Positions 36,666 to 49,000 of a stretch of 64,000 bases of DNA are shown here, piece by piece. Source of the stretch: Squalus acanthias. Taxonomy: Eukaryota. The position numbers were made by a program, and so were the translations under genes. The stretch spans positions 434,001 to 498,000 of the forward strand of contig JASTWF010000352.1 of NCBI GenBank assembly GCA_030390025.1. Direction: 5' to 3'. Every line of letters begins with the position of its first letter. Positions within the stretch are counted from its first letter, which is position 1. Below the pieces are notes generated by a model, which was given only the letters and a program-made list of their open reading frames with translations, made no database searches and had not been told where the DNA came from.

Positions 36666-37051
36666 CTGCAGGGGTTAGATTCTGCTGTTTTTGCTGCTGT
36701 TAATCTCATCCAGGACTGAACCATGTTCATTCTGACAGTTGGAGTTTGTTTCTGCTGATGTTAATAACCCCTCTAACTGGGCTGGAGTTTAATATTCTGG
36801 ATATACGTCAAATAGATTTACTTTGTTTCCAACACACCGTGGGTCGAATCCTTGATTTCTCCAAGATAAGAGGAGACTAATTGATGTCCTGTTAATGACT
36901 GCTCCATTTTTGGGCCTTTTCTCTTTTCTAACTCAAGATTATTTCAGTTCTCACACCTTCAGTTACTCTCGTGCTCAAGCCCCAGCTCCCCAAACCTGCC
37001 AGAGTGCCTCTCCTAGCCTTGGTATCAAGTGATGGTATCGGTAACATGTCT

Positions 37052-40000
37052 GTGTACCTGCCCAGGGAGTGTTGATGGGACAGTGTAGAGGGAGCTTTAT
37101 TCTGTATCTAACCCGTGCTATACCTGTCCTGGGAGTGTTTGATGGGACAGTGCAGAAGGATCTTTACTCTGTATTTAACCCGTGCTGTACCTGCCCTGGG
37201 AGTGTTTCATGGGATAGTGTAAAGTGAGTTTTACTCTGTATGTAAACCGCGCTGTACCTTCCCTGGGAGTGTTTGATGGGACAGTGTAGAGGGAGCTTTA
37301 CTCTGTATCTAACCCATGTTGTACCTGCCCTGGGAGTGTTTGATCGGACAGTGTAGAGGGAGCTTTACTCTGTATCTAACCCGTGGTGTACCTGCCCTGA
37401 GAGTGTTTGATGGGACAGTGTAGAGGCAGCTTTACTCTGTATCTAACCCGTGCTGTACCTGTCCTGTGAGTGTTTGATGGAACAGTATAGAGGGAGCTTT
37501 ACTCTGTATCTAACCCCTGCTGTACCTGCCCTGGGAGTGTTTGGTGGGACAATGCAGAGGGAGCTTTACTCTGTATCTAACCCGTGCGGTACCTGCCCTG
37601 GGAGTGTTTGATGGGATAGTGTAAAAGGAGCTTTACTCTGTATCTAACCTGTGCTGTACCTGCCCTGTGAGTGTTTGATATGACAGCGTAGAGGGAGCTT
37701 TACTCTGTATCTAACCCGTGCTGTCCCTGCCCTGGGAGTGTTTGATGGGACAATGTAGAAGGAGCTTTACTCTGCATCTAACCTGTGAAGTAACTGCCCT
37801 GGGAGTGTTTGATGGGACAGTATAGAGGGAGCTTTACTCTGTATGTAACCCAGGCTGTACCTGCCCTGGGAGTGTTTGACAGGACAGTGTAAAGGGAGCT
37901 TTACTCTGTCTGTAACCCGCGCTGTACCTTCCCTGGGAGTGTTTGATGGGACAGTGCAGAGGGAGCTTTACTCTGTATTTAACCCGTGCTGTACCTGCCC
38001 TTGGAGTGTTTGAAGGGATAGTGTAGAGGGAGCTTTACTCTGTCTCTAACCCGTGCTGTACCTGCCCTGACAGTGTTTGATGGGACAGCGTAGAGGGAGC
38101 TTTACTCTGTATCTAACCCGTGCTGTACCTGCCCTGGGAGTGTTTGATGGGACAGTGCAGAGGGAGCTTTACTCTGTATGTAACCCGTGCTGTACCTGCC
38201 CTGGGAGTGTTTGATGGGACAGTGCAAAGGGAGCTTTACTCTGTATGTAACCCGTGCTGTACCTTCCCTGGGAGTGTTTGATGGGACAGTGCAGAGGGAG
38301 CTTTACTCTGTATTTAACCCGTGCTGTAACTGCCCTTGGAGTGTTTGATGGGACAGTGTAGTGGGAGCTTTACACTGTATCTAATCGGTGCTGTACCAGC
38401 CCTGGGAGTGTTTGATGGGACAGTGGAGAGGGAGCTTTACTCTGTCTGTAACCCGTGCTGCACCTGCCCTGTGAGTGTTTGATGGGACAGTGGAGAGGGA
38501 GCTTTAAGCCGTATCTAACCCGTGCTGTACCTGCCCTGTGAGTGTTTGATGGGACAGTGTAGAGGGAGCTTTGTGCTTTTCCTGCCCTGGGAGTGTTTGA
38601 TGCGACAGTATACAGCGATCTTTACTCTGTAGCTAACCCGTGCTGTACCTCCCCTGGGAGTGTTTGATGGGATAATGTAGAGGGAGCTTTACTCTGTCTC
38701 TAACCCGTGCTGTACCTGCCCTGTGAGCGTTTGATGGGACAGTGTAGTGGGAGCTTTACTCTGTATCTAATCGGTGCTGTACCAGCCCTGGGAGTGTTTG
38801 ATGGGATAGTGTCGATGGAGTTTTACTCTGTATCTAACCCGTGCTGTACCTGCCCGGGGAGTGTTTGATGGGACAGTGTAAAGGGAGCTGTACTCTGCAT
38901 GTAACCTGTGCTGCACCTGCCCTGGGAGTGTTTGATGGGACAGTATAGACCGAGTTTTACGAAGTATCGAACCCGTGCTGTACCTGCCCTGGGAGTATTT
39001 GATGGGACAGTGCAGAGGGAGCTTTACTCTGTATCTAACCTGTGCAGCACCTGCCCTGGGAGTCTTTGATGGGACAGTGTATAGGGAGCTTTGTGCTGTA
39101 CCTGCCCTGGGAGTGTTTGATGCGACAGTATACAGCGATCTTTACTCTGTAGCTAACCCGTGCTGTACCAAACCTGGGAGTGTTTGGTGGGACAATGTAC
39201 AGGGAGCTTTACTCTGTCTCTAACCCGTGCTGTGCCTGCCCTGGGAGTGTTTGATGGGATAGTATAGAGCGAGCTTTACTCTGTATCTAACCCGTGCTGT
39301 CCCTGCCCTGGGAGTGTTTGGTGGGACAATGCAGAGAGACCTTTACTCTCTATCTAACCTGTGCGGCACCTGCCCAGGGAGTGTTTGATGGGACAGTGTA
39401 GAGGGAGCTTTACTCTGTATCAAACCTGAGCTGTACCTGCCCTGACAGTGTTTGATGGGACAATGTAGAGGGAACTTTACTCTGTATCTAACCCGTGCTG
39501 TACCTGTCCTGTGAGTGTTTGATGGGACAGTGTAGAGCGAGCTTTACTCTGTATCTAACCCGTGCTGTACCTGCCCTGGGAGTGTTTGATGGGAGAGTGT
39601 CGAGGGAGCTTCACTCTTTATCTAACCCGTGCTGTTCCTGGCCTGGAAGTATTTGAAGGGACAGCGTAGAGGGAGCTTTACTCTGTATCTAACCCGTGCT
39701 GTACCTGCCCTGACAGTGTTTGATGGGACAATGTAGAAGGAGCTTTACTCTGTATCTGACCCGTGCTGTACCTGTCCTGTGAGTGTTTGATGGGACAGTG
39801 TTGAGCGAGCTTTACTCTGTATCTAACCCGTGCTGTTCCTGTCCTGGAAGTGTTTGATGGGACAGCGTAGAGGGAGCTTTACTCCGTATCTAACCCCGTA
39901 CTGTACCTTCCCTGGGAGTGTTTGATGGGACAGTGCAGAGGGAGCTTTACTCAGTGTCTAACCCGTGCTGTTCCTGTCCTGGAAGTGTTTGATGGGACAG

Positions 40001-43000
40001 CGTAGAGGGAGCTTTACTCCGTATCTAACCCGTGCTGTACCTGCCCTGGGAGTGTTTGATGCGATAGTGTAAAGGGAGCTTTACTCTGTATCTAACCAAT
40101 GCTGTACCTGCCCAGGGAGTGTTTGATGGGATAGTGTAAAGGGAGCTTTACTCTGCATCTAACCCGTGCTGTACCTGCCCTCGAAGTGTTTGATGGGACA
40201 GTGTAGAGGGAGCTTTACTCTGTATTTAACCTGAGCTGTACCTGCCCTGGGAGTGTTTGATGAGACAGTGTCGAGGGAGCTTTACTCTGTATCTAACCCG
40301 TGCTGTACCTGCCCTGCGAGTGTTTGATGGGACAGTGTAGAGGGAACTTTACTCTGTATCGAACCCGTGCTGTACCTGCCCTGGGAGTGTTTGATGGGAC
40401 AGTGCAGAGGGAGCTTTACTCTGTATTTAACCCGTGCTGTACCTGCCCTTGGAATGTTTGATGGGACAGAAGAGAGGGAGCTTTACTCTGTATCTAACCC
40501 GTGCTGTACCTGCCCTGGGAGTGTTTGATGGGACAGTGTAGAGGGAGCTTTACTCTGTATCTAACCCGTGCTGTACCTGCCCTGGGAGTGTTTGATGGGA
40601 CAGTGTAGAGGGAGCTTTACTCTGTATCTAACCCGTGCTGTACCTGCCCTGGGAGTGTTTGATGGGACAGTGTAGAGGGAGCTTTACTCTGTATCTAACC
40701 CGTGCTGTACCTGCCCTGGGAGTGTTTGATGGGACAGTGTAGAGGGAGCTTTACTCTGTATCTAACCCGTGCTGTACCTGCCCTGGGAGTGTTTGATGGG
40801 ACAGTGTAGAGGGAGCTTTACTCTGTATCTAACCCGTGCTGTACCTGCCCTGGGAGTGTTTGATGGGACAGTGTAGAGGGAGCTTTACTCTGTATCTAAC
40901 CCGTGCTGTACCTGCCCTGGGAGTGTTTGATGGGACATTGTAGAGGGAGCTTTACTATGTATCGAACCCGTGCTGTACCTGCCCTGTGAGTGTTTGATGG
41001 GGTAGTGTAGAGGGAGCTTTACTCTGTCTCTAACCCGTGCTGTACCTGCCCTGGGAGTGTTTGATGGGACAGTGCAGAGGGAGATTTACGCGAAATCTAA
41101 CCCATGCTGTACCTGCCCTGGCAGTGTTTGATGGGACAGTGTTGAGGGAGCTTTACTCTGTCTCTAACCCGTGCTGTGCCTGCCCTGGGAGTGTTTGATG
41201 GGATAGTGTAAAGGGAGCTTTACTCTGTATCTAACCCGTGCTGTACCTGCCCTGGGAGTGTTTCATGGGATAGTGTAAAGTGAGTTTTACTCTGTATGTA
41301 AACCGCGCTGTTCCTTCCCTGGGAGTGTTTGATGGGACAGTGCAGAGCGAGCTTTACTCTGTCTCTAACCCGTGCTTTACCTGCCCTGTGAGTGTTTGAT
41401 GGGACAGTGTAGAGGGATCATTAATCCGTATCTAACCCGTGCTGTACCTGCCCTGTGAGTGTTTGATGAGACAGTATAGACCGAGTTTTACGATGTATCG
41501 AACCCGTGCTGTACCTGCCCTGGGAGTGTTTGATGGGACAGTGTAAAGGGAGCTTTACTCTGTATGTAACCCGTGCTGTACCTGCCCTGGGAGTGTTTGA
41601 TGGGACAGTGTGAAGGGAGCTTTACTCTGTATGTAACCCGCGCTGTACCTGCCCTGGGAGTGTTTGTTGGGACAGTATAGAGCGAGCTTTACTCGGTATC
41701 TAACCCGTGCTGTCCCTGCCCTGGGAGTGTTTGGTGGGACAATGCAGAGAGAGCTTTACTCTCTATCTAACCCGTGCGGTACCTGCCCTGGGAGTGTTTA
41801 ATGGGATAGTATAGAGGTAGCTTTACTCTGCATCTAACCCGTGCTGTACCCGCCCTGCGAGTGTTTGATGGGACAGGATAGAGCGAGCTTTACTCTGGAT
41901 CTAACCCGTGCTGTACCTGCCCTGGGAGTGTTTGATGGGACAGTGTAGAGGGAGCTTTACTCCGTATCTAACCCCGTACTGTACCTTCCCTGGGAGTGTT
42001 TGATGGGACAGTGCAGAGGGAGCTTTACTCTGTATGTAACCCGTGCTGTAGCTGCCCGGGGAGTGTTTGATGGGACAGTGTCGAGGGAGCTTCACTCTGT
42101 ATCTAACCCGTGCTGTTCCTGGCCTGGAAGTATTTGAAGGGACAGCGTAGAGGGAGCTTTACTCTGTATCTAACCCGTGCTGTACCTGCCCTGCGAGTGT
42201 TTGATGGGACAGTGTAGAGGGAACTTTACTCTGTATCTGACCCGTGCTGTACCTGCCCTCGGAGTGTTTGATGGGACAGTGCAGAGGGAGCTTTACTCTG
42301 TATTTAACCCGTGCTGTACCTGCCCTTGGAATGTTTGATGGGACAGAAGAGAGGGAGCTTTACTCTGGAACTAACCCCTGCTGTACCTGCCCTGGGAGTG
42401 ATTGATGGGACAGTATAGAGCGAGCTTTGCACTTTATCTAACCCGTGCTGTACCTGCCCTGGGAGTGTTTGATGGGACAGTGTAGAGGGAGCTTTACTCT
42501 GTATCTAACCGTGCTGTACCTGCCCTGGGAGTGTTTGATGGGACAGTCTCGAGCGAGCTTTACTCTGTATCTAACCCGTGCTGTACCTGCCCTGGGAGTG
42601 TTTGATGGGACAGTGTAGAGGGAGCTTTACTCTGTATCTAACCCTGTGCTGTACCTGCCCTGGGAGTGTTTGATGGGACAGTGTAGAGGGAGCTTTACTC
42701 TGTATCTAACCCGTGCTGTACCTGCCCTGGGAGTGTTTGATGGGACAGTGCAGAGGGAGCTTTACTCTGTATCTAACCCGTGCTGTACCTGCCCTGGAGT
42801 GTTTGATGGGACAGTGTAGAGGGAGCTTTACTCTGTATCTAACCCGTGCTGTACCTGCCCTGGGAGTGTTTGATGGGACAGTGTAAAGGGAGCTTTACTC
42901 TGTATCTAACCCGTGCTGTACCTGCCCTGGGAGTGTTTCATGGGATAGTGTAAAGTGAGTTTTACTCTGTATGTAAACCGCGCTGTACCTTCCCTGGGAG

Positions 43001-46000
43001 TGTTTGATGGGACATTGCAGAGGGAGCTTTACTCTGTCTTTAACCCGTGCTGTACCTGCCCTGGGAGTGTTTGATGGGACAGTGTCAAGGGAGCTTTCCT
43101 CTGTATCTAACCCGCGCTGTACCTTCCCTGCGAGTGTTTGTTGGGACAGTATAGAGCGAGCTTTACTCGGTATCTAACCCGTGCTGTCCCTGCCCTGGGA
43201 GTGTTTGGTGGGACAATGCAGAGAGAGCTTTGCTCTCTATCTAACCCGTGCGGTACCTGCCCTGGGAGTGTTTAATGGGATAGTATAGAGGTAGCTTTAC
43301 TCTGCATCTAACCCGTGCTGTACCCGCCCTGCGAGTGTTTGATGGGACAGTATAGAGCGAGCTTTACTCTGTATCTAACCCGTGCTGTACCTGCCCTGGG
43401 AGTGTTTGATGGGACAGTGTAGAGGGAGCTTTACTCCGTATCTAACCCCGTACTGTACCTTCCCTGGGAGTGTTTGATGGGACAGTGCAGAGGAGCTTTA
43501 CTCTGTATTTAACCCGTGCTGTACCTGCCCTGGGAGTGTTTGATGGGACAGTGACGAGGGAGCTTCACTCTGTATCTAACCCGTGCTGTTCCTGCCCTGG
43601 AAGTGTTTGAAGGGACAGTGTTGAGCGAGCTTTACTCTGTATCTAACCTGTGCTGTACCTGCCGTGGGAGTGTTTGATGGGATAGTGTAAAGGGAGCTTT
43701 ACTTTGTATGTAACCTGTGCTGTACCTGCCCTGGGAGTGTTTGATGGGATAGTGTAGAGGGAGCTTTACTCCGTATCTAACCCCGTACTGTACCTTCCCT
43801 GGGAGTGTATGATGGGACAGTGCAGAGGGAGCTTTACTCTGTATTTAACCCGTACTGTACCTTCCCTGGGAGTGTATGATGGGACAGTGCAGAGCGAGCT
43901 TTACTCTGTATTTAACCCGTGCTGTACCTGCCCTGGGAGTGTTTGATGGGACAGTGCAGAGGGAGCTTTACTCAGTATCTAACCCGTGTTGTTCCTGTCC
44001 TGGAAGTGTTTGATGGGACAGCGTAGAGGGAGCTTTACTCCGTATCTAACCCCGTACTGTACCTTCCCCGGGAGTGTTTGATGGGACAGTGCAGAGGGAG
44101 CTTTACTCTGTATCTAACCCGTGCTGTACCTGCCCTGGGAGTGTTTGATGGGACAGTGTAAAGGGAGCTTTACTCTGTATGTAACCCGTGCTGTACCTGC
44201 CCTGGGAGTGTTTGATGGGACAGTGTAAAGGGAGCTTTACTCTGCATGTAACACGTGCTGTACCTCCACTGGGAGTGTTTGATGGGAAAAATGTAGAGGG
44301 AGTTTTATTCTGTATCTAACCTGTGCTGCACCTGCCCTGGGAGTGTTTGATGGGATAGTGTAGAGGGAGCTTTACTCTGTCTCTAACCCGTGCTGTACCT
44401 GCCCTGTGAGTGTTTGATGAGACAGTATAGACCGAGTTTTACGATGTATCGAACCCGTGCTGTACCTGCCCTGGGAGTGTTTGATGGGACAGTGTAAAGG
44501 GAGCTTTACTCTGTATGTAACCCGTGCTGTACCTGCCCTGGGAGTGTTTGATGGGACAGTGTGAAGGGAGCTTTACTCTGTATGTAACCCGCGCTGTACC
44601 TGCCCTGGGAGTGTTTGTTGGGACAGTATAGAGCGAGCTTTACTCGGTATCTAACCCGTGCTGTCCCTGCCCTGGGAGTGTTTGGTGGGACAATGCAGAG
44701 AGAGCTTTACTCTCTATCTAACCCGTGCGGTTCCTGCCCTGGGAGTGTTTAATGGGATAGTATAGAGGTAGCTTTACTCTGCATCTAACCCGTGCTGTAC
44801 CCGCCCTGCGAGTGTTTGATGGGACAGTATAGAGCGAGCTTTACTCTGTATCTAACCCGTGCTGTACCTGCCCTGGGAGTGTTTGATGGGACAGTGTAGA
44901 GGGAGCTTTACTCCGTATCTAACCCGTACTGTACCTTCCCTGGGAGTGTTTGATGGGACAGTGCAGAGGGAGCTTTACTCTGTATGTAACCCGTGCTGTA
45001 GCTGCCCGGGGAGTGTTTGATGGGACAGTGTCGAGGGAGCTTCACTCTGTATCTAACCCGTGCTGTTCCTGGCCTGGAAGTATTTGAAGGGTCAGCGTAG
45101 AGGGAGCTTTACTCTGTATCTAACCCGTGCTGTACCTGCCCTGACAGTGTTTGATGGGACAGTGTAGAGGGAGCTTTACTCTGTATTTAACCTGTGCTGT
45201 ACCTGCCCTGCGAGTGTTTGATGGGACAGTGTAGAGGGAACTTTACTCTGTATCTAACCCGTGCTGTACCTGCCCTCGGAGTGTTTGATGGGACAGTATA
45301 GAGCGAGCTTTACTCTGTTTGTAACACGTGCTGTACCTCCACTGGGAGTGTTTGATGGGATAATGTAGAGGGAGTTTTATTCTGTATCTAACCTGTGCTG
45401 TACCTGCCCTGTGAGTGTTTGATGGGATAGTGTAGAGGGAGCTTTACTCTGTCTCTAACCCGTGCTGTACCTGCCCTGTGAGTGTTTGATGGGACAGTGT
45501 AGAGGGATCATTAATCCGTATCTAACCCGTGCTGTACCTGCCTGGGAGTGTTTGATGGGACAGTGTGAAGGGAGCTTTACTCTGTATGTAACCCGTGCTG
45601 TACCTGCCTGGGAGTGTTTGATGGGACAGTGTGAAGGGAGCTTTACTCTGTATGTAACCCGCGATGTATCTTCCCTGGGAGTGTTTGATGGGACAGTGCA
45701 GAGGGAGCTTTACTCTGTATTTAACCCGTGCTGTACCTGCCCTGGGAGTGTTTGATGAGACAGTGTCGAGGGAGCTTTACTCTGTATCTGGCCCGTGCTG
45801 TACCTGCCCTTGGAATGTTTGATGGGACAGAAGAGAGGGAGCTTTACTCTGGAACTAACCCCTGCTGTACCTGCCCTGGGAGTGTTTGATGGGACAGTAT
45901 AGAGTGAGCTTTGCTCTGTGTGTAACACGTGCTGTACCTCCCTGGGAGTGTTTGATGGGACAGTGTAAAGGGAGCTTTGCTCTGTATGTAACCTGTGCTG

Positions 46001-49000
46001 TACCTGCCCTGGGAGTGTTTGATGGGACAGTGTAGAGGGAGCTTTACTCTGGATCTAACCCGTGCTGTACCTGCCCTGAGAGTGTTTGATGGGACAGTGT
46101 AGAGGGAGCTTTACTCTGTATCGAACCCGTGCTGTACCTGCCCTGTGAGTGTTTGATGGGACAGTGCAGAGGGAGATTTACTCGAATCTAACCCTTGCTG
46201 TACCTGCCCTGGCAGTGTTTGATGGGACTGTGTTGAGGGAGCTTTACTCTGTATCTAACCCGTGCTGTACCTGCCCTGGGAGTGTTTGATGGGATAGTTT
46301 AAAGGGAGCTTTACTCTGCATCTAACCCGTGCTGTACGTGCCCTCGAAGTGTTTGATGGGATAGTGTAGAGGGAGCTTTACTCTGTATGTAACCCGTGCT
46401 GTAGCTGCCCTGGGAGTGTTTGATGGGACAGTATAGAGGGAGCTTTACTCTGTATGTAACCCGTGCTGTACTTGCCCTGGGAGTGTTTGATGGGACAGTG
46501 TAAATGGAGCTTTACTCTGCATGTAACACGTGCTGTACCTCCACTGGGAGTGTTTGATGGGAAAAATGTAGAGGGAGTTTTATTCTGTATCTAACCTGTG
46601 CTGCACCTGCCCTGGGAGTGTTTGATGGGATAGTGTAGAGGGAGCTTTACTCTGTCTCTAACCCGTGCTGTACCTGCCCTGTGAGTGTTTGATGAGACAG
46701 TATGGACCGAGTTTTACGATGTATCGAACCCGTGCTGTACCTGCCCTGGGAGTGTTTGATGGGACAGTGTAAAGGGAGCTTTACTCTGTATGTAACCCGT
46801 GCTGTACCTGCCCTGGGAGTGTTTGATGGGACAGTGTGAAGGGAGCTTTACTCTGTATGTAACCCGCGCTGTACCTGCCCTGGGAGTGTTTGTTGGGACA
46901 GTATAGAGCGAGCTTTACTCGGTATCTAACCCGTGCTGTCCCTGCCCTGGGAGTGTTTGGTGGGACAATGCAGAGAGAGCTTTACTCCGTATCTAACCCG
47001 TGCTGTACGTGCCCTCGAAGTGTTTGATGGGACAGTGTAGAGGGAGCTTTACTCTGTATCTAACCCGTACTGTACCTGCCCTGCGAGTGTTTGATGGGAC
47101 AGTGTAGAGGGAACTTTACTCTGTATCTAACCCGTGCTGTACCTGCCCTCGGAGTGTTTGATGGGACAGTGCAGAGGGAGCTTTACTCTGTATTTAACCC
47201 GTGCTGTACCTGCCCTTGGAATGTTTGATGGGACAGAAGAGAGGGAGCTTTACTCTGGAACTAACCCCTGCTGTACCTGCCCTGGGAGTGATTGATGGGA
47301 CAGTATAGAGCGAGCTTTGCACTTTATGTAACACGTGCTGTACCTCCCCTGGGAGTGTTTGATGGGATAATGTGGAGGGAGCTTTACTCTATATCTGATC
47401 GGTGCTGTACCAGCCCTGGGAGTGTTTGATGGGACAGTCTCGAGCGAGTTTTACTATGTATCTAACCCGTGCTGTACCTGCCCTGGGAGTGTTTGATGGG
47501 ACAGTGTAAAGGGAGCTTTACTCTGCATGTAACCTGTGCTGTACCTGCCCTGGGAGTGTTTGATGGGACAGTGTAGAGGGAACTTTAGTCTGTCTCTAAC
47601 CCGTGCTGTACCTGCCCTGGGAGTGTTTGATGGGACAGTGCAGAGGGAGATTTACGTGAAATTTAACCCATGCTGTACGTGCCCTGGCAGTGTTTGATGG
47701 GACAGTGTTGAGGGAGCTTTACTCTGTCTCTAACCCGTGCTGTGCCTGCCCTGGGAGTGTTTGATGGGATAGTGTAAAGGGAGCTTTACTCTGTATCTAA
47801 CCCGTGCTGTACCTGCCCTGGGAGTGTTTCATGGGATAGTGTAAAGTGAGTTTTACTCTGTATGTAAACCGCGCTGTACCTTCCCTGGGAGTGTTTGATG
47901 GGACATTGCAGAGGGAGCTTTACTCTGTCTTTAACCCGTGCTGTACCTGCCCTGGGAGTGTTTGATGGGACAGTGTCAAGGGAGCTTTCCTCTGTATCTA
48001 ACCCGTGCTGTACCTGCCCTGGGAGTGTTTGTTGGGACAGTATAGAGCGAGCTTTACTCGGTATCTAACCCGTGCTGTCCCTGCCCTGGGAGTGTTTGGT
48101 GGGACAATGCAGAGAGAGCTTTACTCTGCATCTAACCCGTGCTGTACCCGCCCTGCGAGTGTTTGATGGGACAGTATAGAGCGAGCTTTACTCTGTATCT
48201 AACCCGTGCTGTACCTGCCCTGGGAGTGTTTGATGGGACAGTGTAGAGGGAGCTTTACTCCGTATCTAACCCCGTACTGTACCTTCCCTGGGAGTGTTTG
48301 ATGGGACAGTGCAGAGGGAGCTTTACTCTGTATTTAACCCGTGCTGTACCTGCCCTGGGAGTGTTTGATGGGACAGTGACGAGGGAGCTTCACTCTGTAT
48401 CTAACCCGTGCTGTTCCTGCCCTGGAAGTGTTTGAAGGGACAGTGTTGAGCGAGCTTTACTCTGTATCTAACCTGTGCTGTACCTGCCGTGGGAGTGTTT
48501 GATGGGATAGTGTAAAGGGAGCTTTACTTTGTATGTAACCTGTGCTGTACCTGCCCTGGGAGTGTTTGATGGGATAGTGTAGAGGGAGCTTTACTCCGTA
48601 TCTAACCCCGTACTGTACCTTCCCTGGGAGTGTATGATGGGACAGTGCAGAGGGAGCTTTACTCTGTATTTAACCCGTACTGTACCTTCCCTGGGAGTGT
48701 ATGATGGGACAGTGCAGAGGGAGCTTTACTCTGTATTTAACCCGTGCTGTACCTGCCTTGGGAGTGTTTGATGGGACAGTGTAAAGGGAGCTTTACTCTG
48801 TATGTAACCCGTGCTGTACCTGCCCTGGGAGTGTTTGATGGGACAGTGTAAAGGGAGCTTTACTCTGCATGTAACACGTGCTGTACCTCCACTGGGAGTG
48901 TTTGATGGGAAAAATGTAGAGGGAGTTTTATTCTGTATCTAACCTGTGCTGTACCTGCCCTGGGAGTGTTTGATGGGACAGTGTAGAGGGAGCTTTACTC

